A DNA stretch of 64,000 nt, taken from NCBI RefSeq assembly GCF_963676685.1, contig NC_092351.1, positions 12,028,001 through 12,092,000 of the forward strand. Direction: 5' to 3'. The position numbers and the translations under genes are program-made. The notes beneath the pieces are model-generated. The model ran no database searches and had not been told where the DNA came from. It was given only the letters and a program-made list of their open reading frames with translations. Shown in pieces: positions 26,198 through 36,479 of the stretch. The first letter of the stretch is position 1; each line of letters starts with the position of its first letter. Source of the stretch: Mytilus edulis (taxonomy: Eukaryota).

Positions 26198-26891
26198 TTA
26201 GCTTCCGACGTCTTCTTCCCCGAATTCCATGGTGTTTGATTCGCTTCCGGTGGAATCGTCGTTTTCGTCCTCGGCTTCGGCGTCGTCCTCGCCTCCGCCC
26301 AAGACGTCGCTTCGTAATCTCAAGTGTTCGGATGTAGCGGCCTTCAGATCCACCAGAAGGTATCCGAAGGGTCTCCTCGTGGCCTCTCGGAACGTTTGCA
26401 TCAAGAGGTGTCTCTGACTCAGATACATCTGTCTACCTAGCGTGGCGACGGGCTGGCGATCAACTGGATTGTCGAAGAGGACCAGATAGTCACAGTTTCT
26501 GATTCACAGCCACCACCGACAGGTATCGATGATGCGATCCATCCGTGAACAAGTCGTTGATGCGACGGTCTTTGGCCGAGGTCGACATCGGGTCGTCCAG
26601 CACGAGTAAGTTTCTGGTCCGTGCATCGAAGAAGTGATCGGCTTCCAACTCGGTCGGGATACCGCGAACGAATTCCACGGTGGGCACCACCGTCTTTCGA
26701 ATCTCGTCGTAGAGGGGTTGCCATCGTCGGTACAGCCAGACGATCTTCTCCGGCACCGGGTTGCACGTGGATCTTCGCAATGCTTCCTTCACGAAAAACG
26801 TCTTGCCGCAGGAGGTCGGACCGGAGACGATCATGGTGAACGGGTGTTGAAAACGAAAACTTTCTTGCGTCGCATTTTGGGAATGAGGCAT
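26198..26891 (-). pseudogene. Polinton A32-like DNA packaging ATPase, frameshifted
   Basis: HPFTMIVSGPTSCGKT (Walker A), LLVLDD (Walker B), LFTDGSHHR; continues in another frame CDYLVLFDNPVDRQ...RQMY...EATRRPFGYLLVDLK...RLRSDV. Confidence 0.9.
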
Positions 26892-27241
26892 GTGTAGTAT
26901 TTATAACTTATGTTAACTAATTTTGATATACTTGTCAACGAAAATCGATATTAGAACTTAAAACTTTACACTGAAACATGGTCTGCTTAAAATCATGAAT
27001 GCCTTTGTAGATATTTGAATATTGTATTCTCATTTACGAAGTTAACTACCAGAGGCGGATTTAGGGGGGAGGGGCCCGAGTCCCCCCTTTTTTTGGAAAG
27101 AAATGGTTGATTTTATATGGAATCACTGAAGCGGCATGACTGCAGCAGGCCCATTCCAAGGCAGTCAGCGTGCCCCCTCTTACAAAAATTTCTAGATCCG
27201 CCACTGACTGTCGACTTTTGTCATTATTTTACCATGATATT
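26879..27241 (-). repeat. Right arm of inverted duplication (partner 24010-24373)
   Basis: Reverse complement of 24010-24373. Confidence 0.92.
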
Positions 27242-27715
27242 CAAGTTTTCAAAATCTGCATTTTGATTGGCTATATATTCATTTTTTTTAATTGCTTTCA
27301 ATGACTTTTTATTCCTTTTTCCTCCTCATCATGTACCGAAAATCAGCAAATGTTACAAATGAGAGAACTTTTGTATGATGATATTTTAGTGTGGTAAATT
27401 TACTGTTTCATTCGGGTGAAGAAATGAAAATGGGGATATAAAGGATGTAAAAGAACATTATGGGATTAAAATTCCATAGAAGCTTCAACATTTGTCGTGC
27501 TGTTCATCGGAGGCAGTCAGACTAGAGAGCAAAGGACGAAGCTTAAAACATATAAAATTGTAATATATTAAATTGTGTTACTCAATAAACCGTTGAAGTT
27601 GTTATTATGAACGTGTGGATTAATTTTGCATTTCATTTGTTTGGTTAAAATTATTCTATGTGATTTGCAGCGTTGTTATATGGCAGTGTCTGCTCGTTCC
27701 CGCATGCAAGTACGA

Positions 27716-28180
27716 ATAGCCAAATTGGCCTTCGTGGACTACGCGTACCCGCCTCCGGTTTTATAATTTAATGTCATCAGATCGGGAATAAAATGTGAAA
27801 AAAACGGAAATTATTGCAATATTAAAGTGAAAAACAAAATGATTACTCACAGAGATTTTAAGATTTGAAATGTCAAAATTTCGACTATAAAAAAAAGGTT
27901 AATGCCGATTATTGATTATTGGAATGATGTAATAATGGAATATACGATATTTATTTAGATGAGAATCAAATTAAAAAGGCATTACAAACAAATGAGAACA
28001 ACAGAAACAAAATAAGAACATTTTAAGTTATATTAAAGCATTTAATGATCATAAATAAAATCAGTAAATAACCGATAATTTTCGTGTATCTTTTACGTTT
28101 CATTCTCGATTTATCATATGACAGTTTATTATGAAATCGGTTGCGGGTACGCGTAGCCTACGAAGGCCAAATTGCCTACG
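27716..28180. mobile_element. MITE with ~45-bp TIRs
   Basis: TTGGCCTTCGTGGACTACGCGTACCCGC / GCGGGTACGCGTAGCCTACGAAGGCCAA. Confidence 0.7.
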
Positions 28181-28658
28181 CGTAGACTCTTTATTATATT
28201 TTAAACATGCAAGAAAATCATTCCTTTTAGTCCAATTATCTCCTGATGTGATGGACCCTTTAATTGCTCACGTACTGATGTGTGACATATTAATTAGAGC
28301 AGGAGCTACAAATGTATTGAAAAATTGACTTGTTATTCACATGGTATGGGTAAAATCTCTTTGTTCTTACTGTGCTATAATCTGGATAATGCACAGCAAA
28401 GGTGTGCATTAACTACCTCAGATATACTGCACAGTTCAAATCTATTTTTACCTTTATACAATACAATACAATACAATACAATACAATATTTTTATTTTCC
28501 AAATTAAAGGGCCCATTAAGAGCATAACATTAATTACAACATGACATAAACATTACAGAGTGATTAAAGAAACATAAAATAATAATTGAAATTCAAATGC
28601 ATGAAGAAAGGATCAGTGGTCAAGGGGAGATAATTTTGATATATTTTAGAGTATCTAA

Positions 28659-31600
28659 CTAATTTTCTGATTTTCTTAGTTGCAGGCCTTTATCCAGGTA
28701 TGCACATAAAATAGATAGAAATCTGCTATCTTCATTAATCATGATCCATGAAAAAAGATCATTTATATTTAAACTATCTAAACTGGGGTATTTTTTTATA
28801 TAATCAGTGATATCTCTTCTGAGGTTATTGTAAATAGGGCATTCCAGAAGAAAGTGCATTTCATTTTCAATACAATTTGTATTACAATATAAACATATCC
28901 TCTCATGTCGAGGTAATATTTCATATTTACCACATACATTGGTAATTCGTTCATGTCTGCCAGTTTCTATTCTTAAACAGTGATTGCTAAGTCTGTATTT
29001 TGTTAATAAATGTTTTTGTGGGTGCTTTAAATCTAAATAATTTTCATAGTCAAATGACTTTTTGAATGAAAAATAAGTGTCCAATTTGCCTTGATTCTGT
29101 AAATAAAAATCTCGCATTTTCTCCCAATCATTTTGAAAATTTGATTTGAGCTGTTTTTTCAATAAGTTTTTAAATTTATTTTTTCCTAGATTTTTACATA
29201 TATTTAGGTCAATACCCAATTTTTCACTGTAGAAAATGATATTAGAGAGCCATGAATTATTGGAACTGGTTTGACCTTTACTTTCTATCATTTTTAACTC
29301 AGCATAAGCATTTTTCAATAAATCAGATGGAGAATTCTCTAGTCTATGCCAATACATAAACATATGTGTTAGCAAATTTATATAAAGAGGATATCTACCC
29401 AATTCAGACAGGACTGCTACATTTGTGCACATCTTTGTAACATCAATAATATACTTACAAAATTTTAAATTTAGCTTCTCAAACTCCCAATCTTTAAATA
29501 TGTCATAAAGGGACAAATTTTTCCTTTTAGAAGTAATGTTAATAACACCCCAATTTTCACAACCATAAGTTACAATTGGCTGTATACAGTGATCAAATAA
29601 ATGCAAAAGAGTTTTAATAGGAGGATTAGATGATTTCAAATCTTTATAAAGTTTAAAACTGGCCTTTTGACCTTTTTGGAATAATTGTTTCCTGGCTTCA
29701 TTAAAGTTTCCAGTATTTTGGATGACTATGCCAAGATATTTGTATTGTTTAACACATTCAATAGAATTATTTCCTACATTAAAATTTTCATTAAGGAGTC
29801 TACCACTCCTATTGAATATTATAATCTTGGTTTTCTTCACATTTATTTCCATACACCAATCTTTGCAGAATGTGCACAAAGTATCAAGTCTCTTCTGAAG
29901 CCCTTCTTTTGAGTCAGATATTAATACAAGATCATCAGCATAAAGTAGACATGGTATCTTTTCATCATTTAAATTGACATCATCATAATTGTTAGATAAT
30001 ATATCTGGCAAATCATTAATAAACAGTTTAAACAATGTGGGACTCAAAACGTCACCTTGTCGTACACCAACATTATATCTAAAAAAATCAGTTATTTTGT
30101 CTTCTACTTTAACACACACTTTGTCGTTACTATACATAGATTTCAAAATGTTATAAAAAATACCATTATTTGTATGCTGTAATAATTTGTATAATATACC
30201 AATATGAATAACCTTGTCAAAGGCCTTGCGAAAATCTACAAAACATACATACAATTTACCTTTGCCTCTTTTAACATATTTTTCTATGAGACATTTTAGT
30301 ACAAAAATGTGATCCGAAGTGCGAGCTTTCTTAGAAAAACCAATTTGAGTTTTGTTTATGATATTATTATCAGATAAAAATTTATCAAGTCTGTTATACA
30401 GAATGGTATTGAAAAGTTTGCCAAGACTATTATTGATGGCAATACCTCTGTAATTTTCAGGGTTCTGCGGGTTATCAGATTTGAATATAGGAGTAATGTA
30501 GCTCTCAGACCAATTACTGGGATAAATGCCAGATAGAAGAATGGCATTAAAAAGTTTTAGTAAGCAATCTTGCATATAACTCTGTGAAACTTTTAACATT
30601 TCATTTGTAATAGTGTCTAGACCTGGACTTTTCCCAGATTTTAATTGCCTCAGGGCTTTTTGGAGTTCACCAGGGGTGATTTTAAAGTCAATCTCACTGA
30701 ATCCAAAGTTTTTCTTTTCTAATAGTTCAAGTTTACTCTTTATCTCTTTTATCTTGGACTTTATGTGTTCATTTTCAGGAATGGATAACAAGTCAGAGAA
30801 ATATTTATACCAAATGTCACCATCTATGTTGTTTTTAGTTTCTGAATTATTTTCAAGACGGAGTTGATTGACAAGGTTCCAATAATCCTTTGGATTTTCT
30901 GATTCTAGATTGCTTAAACGGTCCAAAATATTTTCTCTAAATTCTCTTTTCTTTTTCCTCCTTAGTTTGGCAAATTGTTTATTAAGTTTAAAAAAAGAGC
31001 CACGCACTATCGGATCTTTCGGAAATTTTGACATTAATATAGCTTTATCATTAACATGTTTTTTCAAACTTTTTAAATCTTGGTCAAACCATTTTTTATG
31101 ATTACATGTTTTTACCCTTTTCTTCTTCTTTTTTAGTGATACTTTGCACACTTTTTCGTATATTGAATGAATACTATATGTGGCATCATTCACATTCTTT
31201 TTGTCTAAGATAATTTTGTTATTTAAAAAATATTTTAGCTCATTTTGTATGACAGGATGTGTAAATGATTCCTGGAAATTTTGAATACTTTCTGTGTCCC
31301 ATTTATACCTCAAAGGAAAGTCTTTCATATGACTTTTATTTTTCTCCAATTGGAAAGATGCTAAAATCTTAAAAGTGATTTTGCAATGGCAATCAGAAAA
31401 ATTTGCCTTAAAATCTGATACATTAAAATATAAAATTTGCTGGAGTAGGCTTTGAGAAACTAAAGCATAATCAACTACACTGCATCCATTAGGTTTGAAA
31501 CATGTAAATTTACCCGTGCTATCACCACACATACGCCCATTCAAGATACGTAACTGATTACCTATACAAAATTCTAGCAAGTTTTTCCCTCTGGAATCAG

Positions 31601-32183
31601 TTATTATTTTATCTTTACTGACCCTTTCCTCTGTGAAACAGTCTACATCATAATTTTCATCAAATAAAGGAACATGGGAGGTGCTGTCACCATCAATATA
31701 GTCTTTTTCTGACCCAGTTCTGGCATTAAGATCCCCTACTAACAGGATGTCCCCCATAGACCCATAACTATCAGTTATATCCTTTTCTATTATCTCCAGT
31801 AGGTCTGTTTGGCTTTTGGGAGCATAGTATATCAAGCACAAATATATATCTTTGTTTAAATTGAAAAATTCTCTCTTCAATTTTAGCCATTGGTATTCTG
31901 AGGTCCCGTTATTCAAAAAATTTACACCTTTACGAATTTCTTTACGTATGAGAATCCCTAGACCACCAAAATATCTGTTATTTTTAGATTTTGGTCTGCA
32001 GAATGGATAGTACAAAAAGTTATCAAATTTCAAATGATTTTCATAACCAACATGGGTCTCAGTTAATAAAACTAAATCATTTTGTGCTAATTCTGATAAA
32101 AAATTCTTATCATTTGACTTATCATGATGTTCTGACAGCAACCCCCCAACATTCCAGCTGCATATATTTAGATTAGTTTTCAT
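28659..32183 (-). CDS. LINE ORF2: APE endonuclease + reverse transcriptase, 1174 aa
   Basis: SWNV, LTETH, GDLNAR, VVDY, SDCH (APE); KSPGLD, QIGF, FVDFRKAFD, GVRQGDVLSP, LLYADD, YKYLG (RT); C-terminal IETGRH...CLYC...HFLLEC. Confidence 0.96.
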   Translation of the reverse strand: MKTNLNICSWNVGGLLSEHHDKSNDKNFLSELAQNDLVLLTETHVGYENHLKFDNFLYYPFCRPKSKNNRYFGGLGILIRKEIRKGVNFLNNGTSEYQWLKLKREFFNLNKDIYLCLIYYAPKSQTDLLEIIEKDITDSYGSMGDILLVGDLNARTGSEKDYIDGDSTSHVPLFDENYDVDCFTEERVSKDKIITDSRGKNLLEFCIGNQLRILNGRMCGDSTGKFTCFKPNGCSVVDYALVSQSLLQQILYFNVSDFKANFSDCHCKITFKILASFQLEKNKSHMKDFPLRYKWDTESIQNFQESFTHPVIQNELKYFLNNKIILDKKNVNDATYSIHSIYEKVCKVSLKKKKKRVKTCNHKKWFDQDLKSLKKHVNDKAILMSKFPKDPIVRGSFFKLNKQFAKLRRKKKREFRENILDRLSNLESENPKDYWNLVNQLRLENNSETKNNIDGDIWYKYFSDLLSIPENEHIKSKIKEIKSKLELLEKKNFGFSEIDFKITPGELQKALRQLKSGKSPGLDTITNEMLKVSQSYMQDCLLKLFNAILLSGIYPSNWSESYITPIFKSDNPQNPENYRGIAINNSLGKLFNTILYNRLDKFLSDNNIINKTQIGFSKKARTSDHIFVLKCLIEKYVKRGKGKLYVCFVDFRKAFDKVIHIGILYKLLQHTNNGIFYNILKSMYSNDKVCVKVEDKITDFFRYNVGVRQGDVLSPTLFKLFINDLPDILSNNYDDVNLNDEKIPCLLYADDLVLISDSKEGLQKRLDTLCTFCKDWCMEINVKKTKIIIFNRSGRLLNENFNVGNNSIECVKQYKYLGIVIQNTGNFNEARKQLFQKGQKASFKLYKDLKSSNPPIKTLLHLFDHCIQPIVTYGCENWGVINITSKRKNLSLYDIFKDWEFEKLNLKFCKYIIDVTKMCTNVAVLSELGRYPLYINLLTHMFMYWHRLENSPSDLLKNAYAELKMIESKGQTSSNNSWLSNIIFYSEKLGIDLNICKNLGKNKFKNLLKKQLKSNFQNDWEKMRDFYLQNQGKLDTYFSFKKSFDYENYLDLKHPQKHLLTKYRLSNHCLRIETGRHERITNVCGKYEILPRHERICLYCNTNCIENEMHFLLECPIYNNLRRDITDYIKKYPSLDSLNINDLFSWIMINEDSRFLSILCAYLDKGLQLRKSEN

Positions 32184-32527
32184 ATTGTATCTTATAATAA
32201 CGTATATATGTATATGTATATTTATGTGTACACACTACACTAGCCTTTTTTTTTTTTTAAATCTCTTATATCTGTATTTGGTTATACAATATATTTGAAT
32301 ATCTATTACGTTGTATATCTAGATCTATTTTTAGTTGTACACAAAAAATTGAATTTACTCGATGTGTTATATAAAAAAAAAATAGTACTAAAAAATGTTT
32401 ATTGAAATAATCTCTCTACCTGAGGATTATTTAGCTGATATAATATTCAAAATAACAACACAGCTCAGTACAATTTGTTTAAAAAGAAGATATCAATGAG
32501 GTTTATACTATAGGTAATTTTAACAGT

Positions 32528-34417
32528 CTATCGGTATCCTCTACGGCCACGTCCATAGCCACGTCTGCCGCCTCTGCCTCCTCTACCTCTATAGGGTCGT
32601 CCTCTTCCATATCCAGTTCTTCCCTGTGTACTGCGTGGAGGCAAATTAAGGGCTTTATCGATACAGTCACGGATATTTGCAGCTAGTACAGCAGTTTCAT
32701 CAGGAGTAAGATGAAATTGGTCCTGAGCTATATATCTATTCATCACTTGTCCTTTGTATGCCAAGTTGCTATTGTCGCATAGGATAACAGAGTCATCTCC
32801 CCTGAACTTGGTTTTCATTAGAATTGTTATAAGTTGTCCATCTGAGTTATAATCTTCAGAATCGCTCCTCGGTGTTGGCAAGGAGATCACGATCTTGATA
32901 TTATTGAAACGTGAACGTATATCATCGCATATCCTAGTCATTCTGTCAACACAGTCATTTGGAGTTTTGTTCATTAACTCGTTCGTTAAGGAGTGTAACA
33001 CAATAACGTTTGGTTCACTCTCAAGCTTTTGGAGTTCTTTTTCTGTTTCGTCAAGGGTATATGCTGTAACTTTGTGCACATTGTAGTCTGGTGAGATTCT
33101 AGGGTCTATGTTTTCAGTATTTGAGGTGCCCATGAGAATAACTGATGGTTTTGATGGTCTAGATATTGGCACAGTTTGGAATTCTCCGTCGCCACTACTG
33201 GCATGTATTTTTAAACTAAGAATCTCTTTTTCTTTGTCTTCAATGTCTTTGCGAAAAGCAGTAAATGATGATTCTAATGATTCTATTTTGTTTTTCCTTA
33301 CCTGCATCTCCTTGTTAATTTCACCAAGTTCCAGGTCTTGTTTATTAATTTTGTCACTTTGTAATTTATTTTTCTGTGTAAGCATCTCACATTTAGTTTC
33401 CATTTTGGTTTTCAGTAGTTCTTTTTCAAGTGTAGTTTCATGATTTATATGCTGAATTTTGCATTTTAGTTCTCCATTTTCTCTTTCTAAATTAGCCTTT
33501 TTGTTAATCACAGATTCTACTTTGTCCATCATTAAAGTAAACCTTTCTTCATTTTGTTGAATGGTATGTTTATATGCAATGTCCATTGAAGTCATTTTCG
33601 AAACCAGCATGTCAGTTTGTTGTTGACATATTTTATCAAGAGCGTTGGTAAAATGTTTTTCCATACATGTCATAAATTTTTCCATGTTATTATTTTGATC
33701 CACTGTCTGAGACACTACATTTTTTTCGTGTTGTTCCATTGTTTGGTTCTCATTGTTTTTGTTGGATATTTCTTTAGTGCCTGATGGGCTCTTTACGAAG
33801 GTGTTATGGTTAATATCTAAGGTAGCCGTATCCGTGATATCTGATTGTAATGTTTGTTTGGCATTTTTAATCTTTGTTGAGTCTTTGTCTTCACTAGTTG
33901 ACAAATTATGGGCAACAACTTTCTCAACAATTTGGAGTAAGACGGGGAATTCAATTGTAACAAATGTATCTTTGTGATTTCCTTGTATTTGAATCAGGCC
34001 AGTGTTTATGTGTAGCTGTATTTTATACAGTAATGGATTTGGCTGATCTGTCTTTGTTGATAGTTCAATACAGACTGTTTTATTTCCTGTTTTCTCTGAC
34101 CAGTTGTCAGGTTCATCAAACCAGCTCACTGCATACTGGGTCGATTTACCATAGTGTTCATAATATACGAGATGTAACGCTTTGATCCAAGGGTACAGTT
34201 TATCATGGGGAATGCGAAAGGCGACCATGTGAGCAGCTTCCGCGTATAGATTTTGGTCTATGGTTTCAATTAATGTTTGTTTCCCCTTATCAGTTGTTGG
34301 CAATTTAAATTTATTTGGCATATGTTCATAAGGATAATCATCATAGATACTTGTCAGGTCTAATGAATGTTCTCTGATAATATTGTCTGTGTTCAAAAAT
34401 TTTCCGCTGTCCGCCAT
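32528..34417 (-). CDS. LINE ORF1, 629 aa: N-terminal domain, coiled coil, SGNH esterase-like domain, RGG tail
   Basis: Upstream of and co-oriented with ORF2; long heptad-rich K/E region; ILMGTSN, LHSLTNE, DQFHL blocks; ends GRGRPYRGRGGRGGRRGYGRGRRGYR. Confidence 0.88.
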   Translation of the reverse strand: MADSGKFLNTDNIIREHSLDLTSIYDDYPYEHMPNKFKLPTTDKGKQTLIETIDQNLYAEAAHMVAFRIPHDKLYPWIKALHLVYYEHYGKSTQYAVSWFDEPDNWSEKTGNKTVCIELSTKTDQPNPLLYKIQLHINTGLIQIQGNHKDTFVTIEFPVLLQIVEKVVAHNLSTSEDKDSTKIKNAKQTLQSDITDTATLDINHNTFVKSPSGTKEISNKNNENQTMEQHEKNVVSQTVDQNNNMEKFMTCMEKHFTNALDKICQQQTDMLVSKMTSMDIAYKHTIQQNEERFTLMMDKVESVINKKANLERENGELKCKIQHINHETTLEKELLKTKMETKCEMLTQKNKLQSDKINKQDLELGEINKEMQVRKNKIESLESSFTAFRKDIEDKEKEILSLKIHASSGDGEFQTVPISRPSKPSVILMGTSNTENIDPRISPDYNVHKVTAYTLDETEKELQKLESEPNVIVLHSLTNELMNKTPNDCVDRMTRICDDIRSRFNNIKIVISLPTPRSDSEDYNSDGQLITILMKTKFRGDDSVILCDNSNLAYKGQVMNRYIAQDQFHLTPDETAVLAANIRDCIDKALNLPPRSTQGRTGYGRGRPYRGRGGRGGRRGYGRGRRGYR

Positions 34418-35671
34418 TTTGTTTATTTTAGTTTTACACGTGGAGTGAAATCACTGCAATTTAATGTATCTGCTGCATTTTTTTAGGCGTGATGTTTCTG
34501 TTTTGATAGAAAATCATTATTTCATAATCTGTAACATGTTTAAGAATGATCGGCTGGCAATAACCACAGCTATGGATGTGTTTTCTTCTCTTACATAGAC
34601 GCTGCCATCTTAATCAAAGGGAGGTAATTATAGTTCGGGGCGGTTCCTAGATTTTTTATTAGGGGCGCTATTCTATCAAATTAAAAAAGTATATCACCGA
34701 GCGTAGCGAGACTAAAAACAATATTGACGATTTTAAAGCAAAACACGATAATTAGTCCAATCCTAGGGTGAACGACATGTTCGTCCCCACCCCCGAATCC
34801 ACCATCTGCCTTGAAATTACGACAAAACTGAACTTTGTACAAACATCGTAGTTTAATTCATTCCTTTTTTTCATCTTAGCTTGAACATAAAATGTTTCAG
34901 TATTATATTTTGCGTACAACATAAATCTTAAATCAGTGTTTTAAAGTCAGAAAGAAAGTTAAAACAATTTTTGGTAACTTCCGCCAAAAAAGAAATGTAA
35001 CTAAGAATATCCGAATAAAAGAAATCTGATTTGGACTAGTTTTCAATTCAATGGAATTTATAACGACTTCTTGAATATATTTTTGGATCGAATTTAAAGG
35101 GGGTCATATTTAAGTTTGTTTTAAAACAGAGAGATTAGCTAGAGATCAATCACACTTCATTTAGATGGACGTGTCTGTAGATACAAAGAAATTTGGGGGA
35201 GGGGGAGTAAAAGATTGGAAAGAGAAACGTATTTTCTGTTTATTCAACATTTAAAATATTAAATATAACATCTAATTCTTCCTCGGTTTATCTTTCTCTA
35301 TTAAACATAATTTTTATCATTGGTGAAAAGAAATTCAAAAGCAATTAATCTAAACTCAATAACCCTTTCAGTTATGATTTTTTTTATACAACGATTTGAA
35401 AGTACTCAATTTGTCAAAGTCTTAATCGTCAATATTAAAAAAAAAAATGGGAATAGATTTAATAGAAACATTAAAAAAAAAAATTACCATTAAATTGCAA
35501 TTTTACTATAAGTCTAAACCTAAAAAAAAGTTATCAATTGAAAACTTACCAATGAAAGTCGTATTTCCCCTTTTCTTTACCCTACAATAAACTTTCCTAG
35601 GATCCGTGGATTGCGGAATATCGTCCACATCCAAAATGTTCACGTAAATTAATGACGTCATGTGTTAAAAC

Positions 35672-35823
35672 AGTTATTGGCCAATCAAATCGGTATATAG
35701 AATTTAATCTGCACGCGCTCAGGATGACCCTTTAACCCGAACTCCTACGTCGTTCGGGTTAATAAGGGTCACCTGAGCTGTGCAGATTAAATTCTATATA
35801 CCGACTTGCTTGGTCAATAACTA
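35672..35823. repeat. ~150-bp hairpin element
   Basis: CGGTATATAGAATTTAATCTGCAC...GTGCAGATTAAATTCTATATACCG arms around the centre CCCGAACTCCTACGTCGTTCGGG. Confidence 0.85.
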
Positions 35824-36479
35824 TAACATTGTGTGGCTCATTGTAAGACTAAAAGTTGTGCTCCTAGATATTTTATATACGATTTCGTGTTCTTGTGGCA
35901 AACAAAAAAAGTACGAACAAGTTCTTATAAATTTATTATTTCACACCTTTTTGCTGGAGTAAACCCGTCATTCATCTTGCTTACATTTCAAATTCAGCTC
36001 TGGCAAAATATTGGGAAATTCTTATTAATTCTTGTGGTTGTCGCTTTGACATATTCACCATTTCCTTTCTCAATTTTATTATTTACACTTCATATAAAAA
36101 GAAAGTCAAATCCAGCGATATCTTTTCCTTAATAAAGGCATCTTTTTTAAAAGCTTGTTTCTATAAAACAAGAACATAAAAACACATGAATTTATCTTGT
36201 TTTATAATTTCAGCTTCAAACAAAAATGACAGTTGCATATAATATAATCAGTAGTGTTTATATTTGAATTGGAGTTCTATACATTGTTTATATAATTATA
36301 TACTGGAGTCCAGGGTAAAAGGAGGTGCGATGTAGGCACATTTGATACTAAGCTCGAACTGTTTGAAATGCTAATATGAAATCATGCTACCATTCTTTAT
36401 ATTGTTAGGGCTGTTCTTCGTTTAACATTTCACACATACCAATATGCACAGAAAGGATGACATAATATCATGCAAATCT

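Larger units (their letters stand above)
24971..26878 (-). mobile_element. Polinton/Maverick (adintovirus-like) relic: one terminus plus protease and ATPase genes
   Basis: Begins AGTAGTAGAGAGAGAG, typical of Polinton termini; abrupt GC-rich island; encodes an adenain-like protease and an A32-like ATPase. Confidence 0.88.
28456..34612 (-). mobile_element. Apparently full-length, intact CR1/L2-group (Crack/Daphne-like) LINE
   Basis: Two uninterrupted ORFs; (TATTG)n 3' tail at 28456-28488 after AATAAA; 5' end near AAGATGGC (YY1-like) at ~34610. Confidence 0.9.

Noticed and set aside
25654-26337. 227-aa plus-strand ORF and other overlapping ORFs in the GC island
   Set aside because: Antisense or alternate-frame shadows of the GC-rich Polinton genes; no recognisable motifs.
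25650-26880. Bacterial contamination or horizontal transfer from bacteria
   Set aside because: The gene pair and terminus are Polinton-type, and the island is joined to host repeats on both sides.
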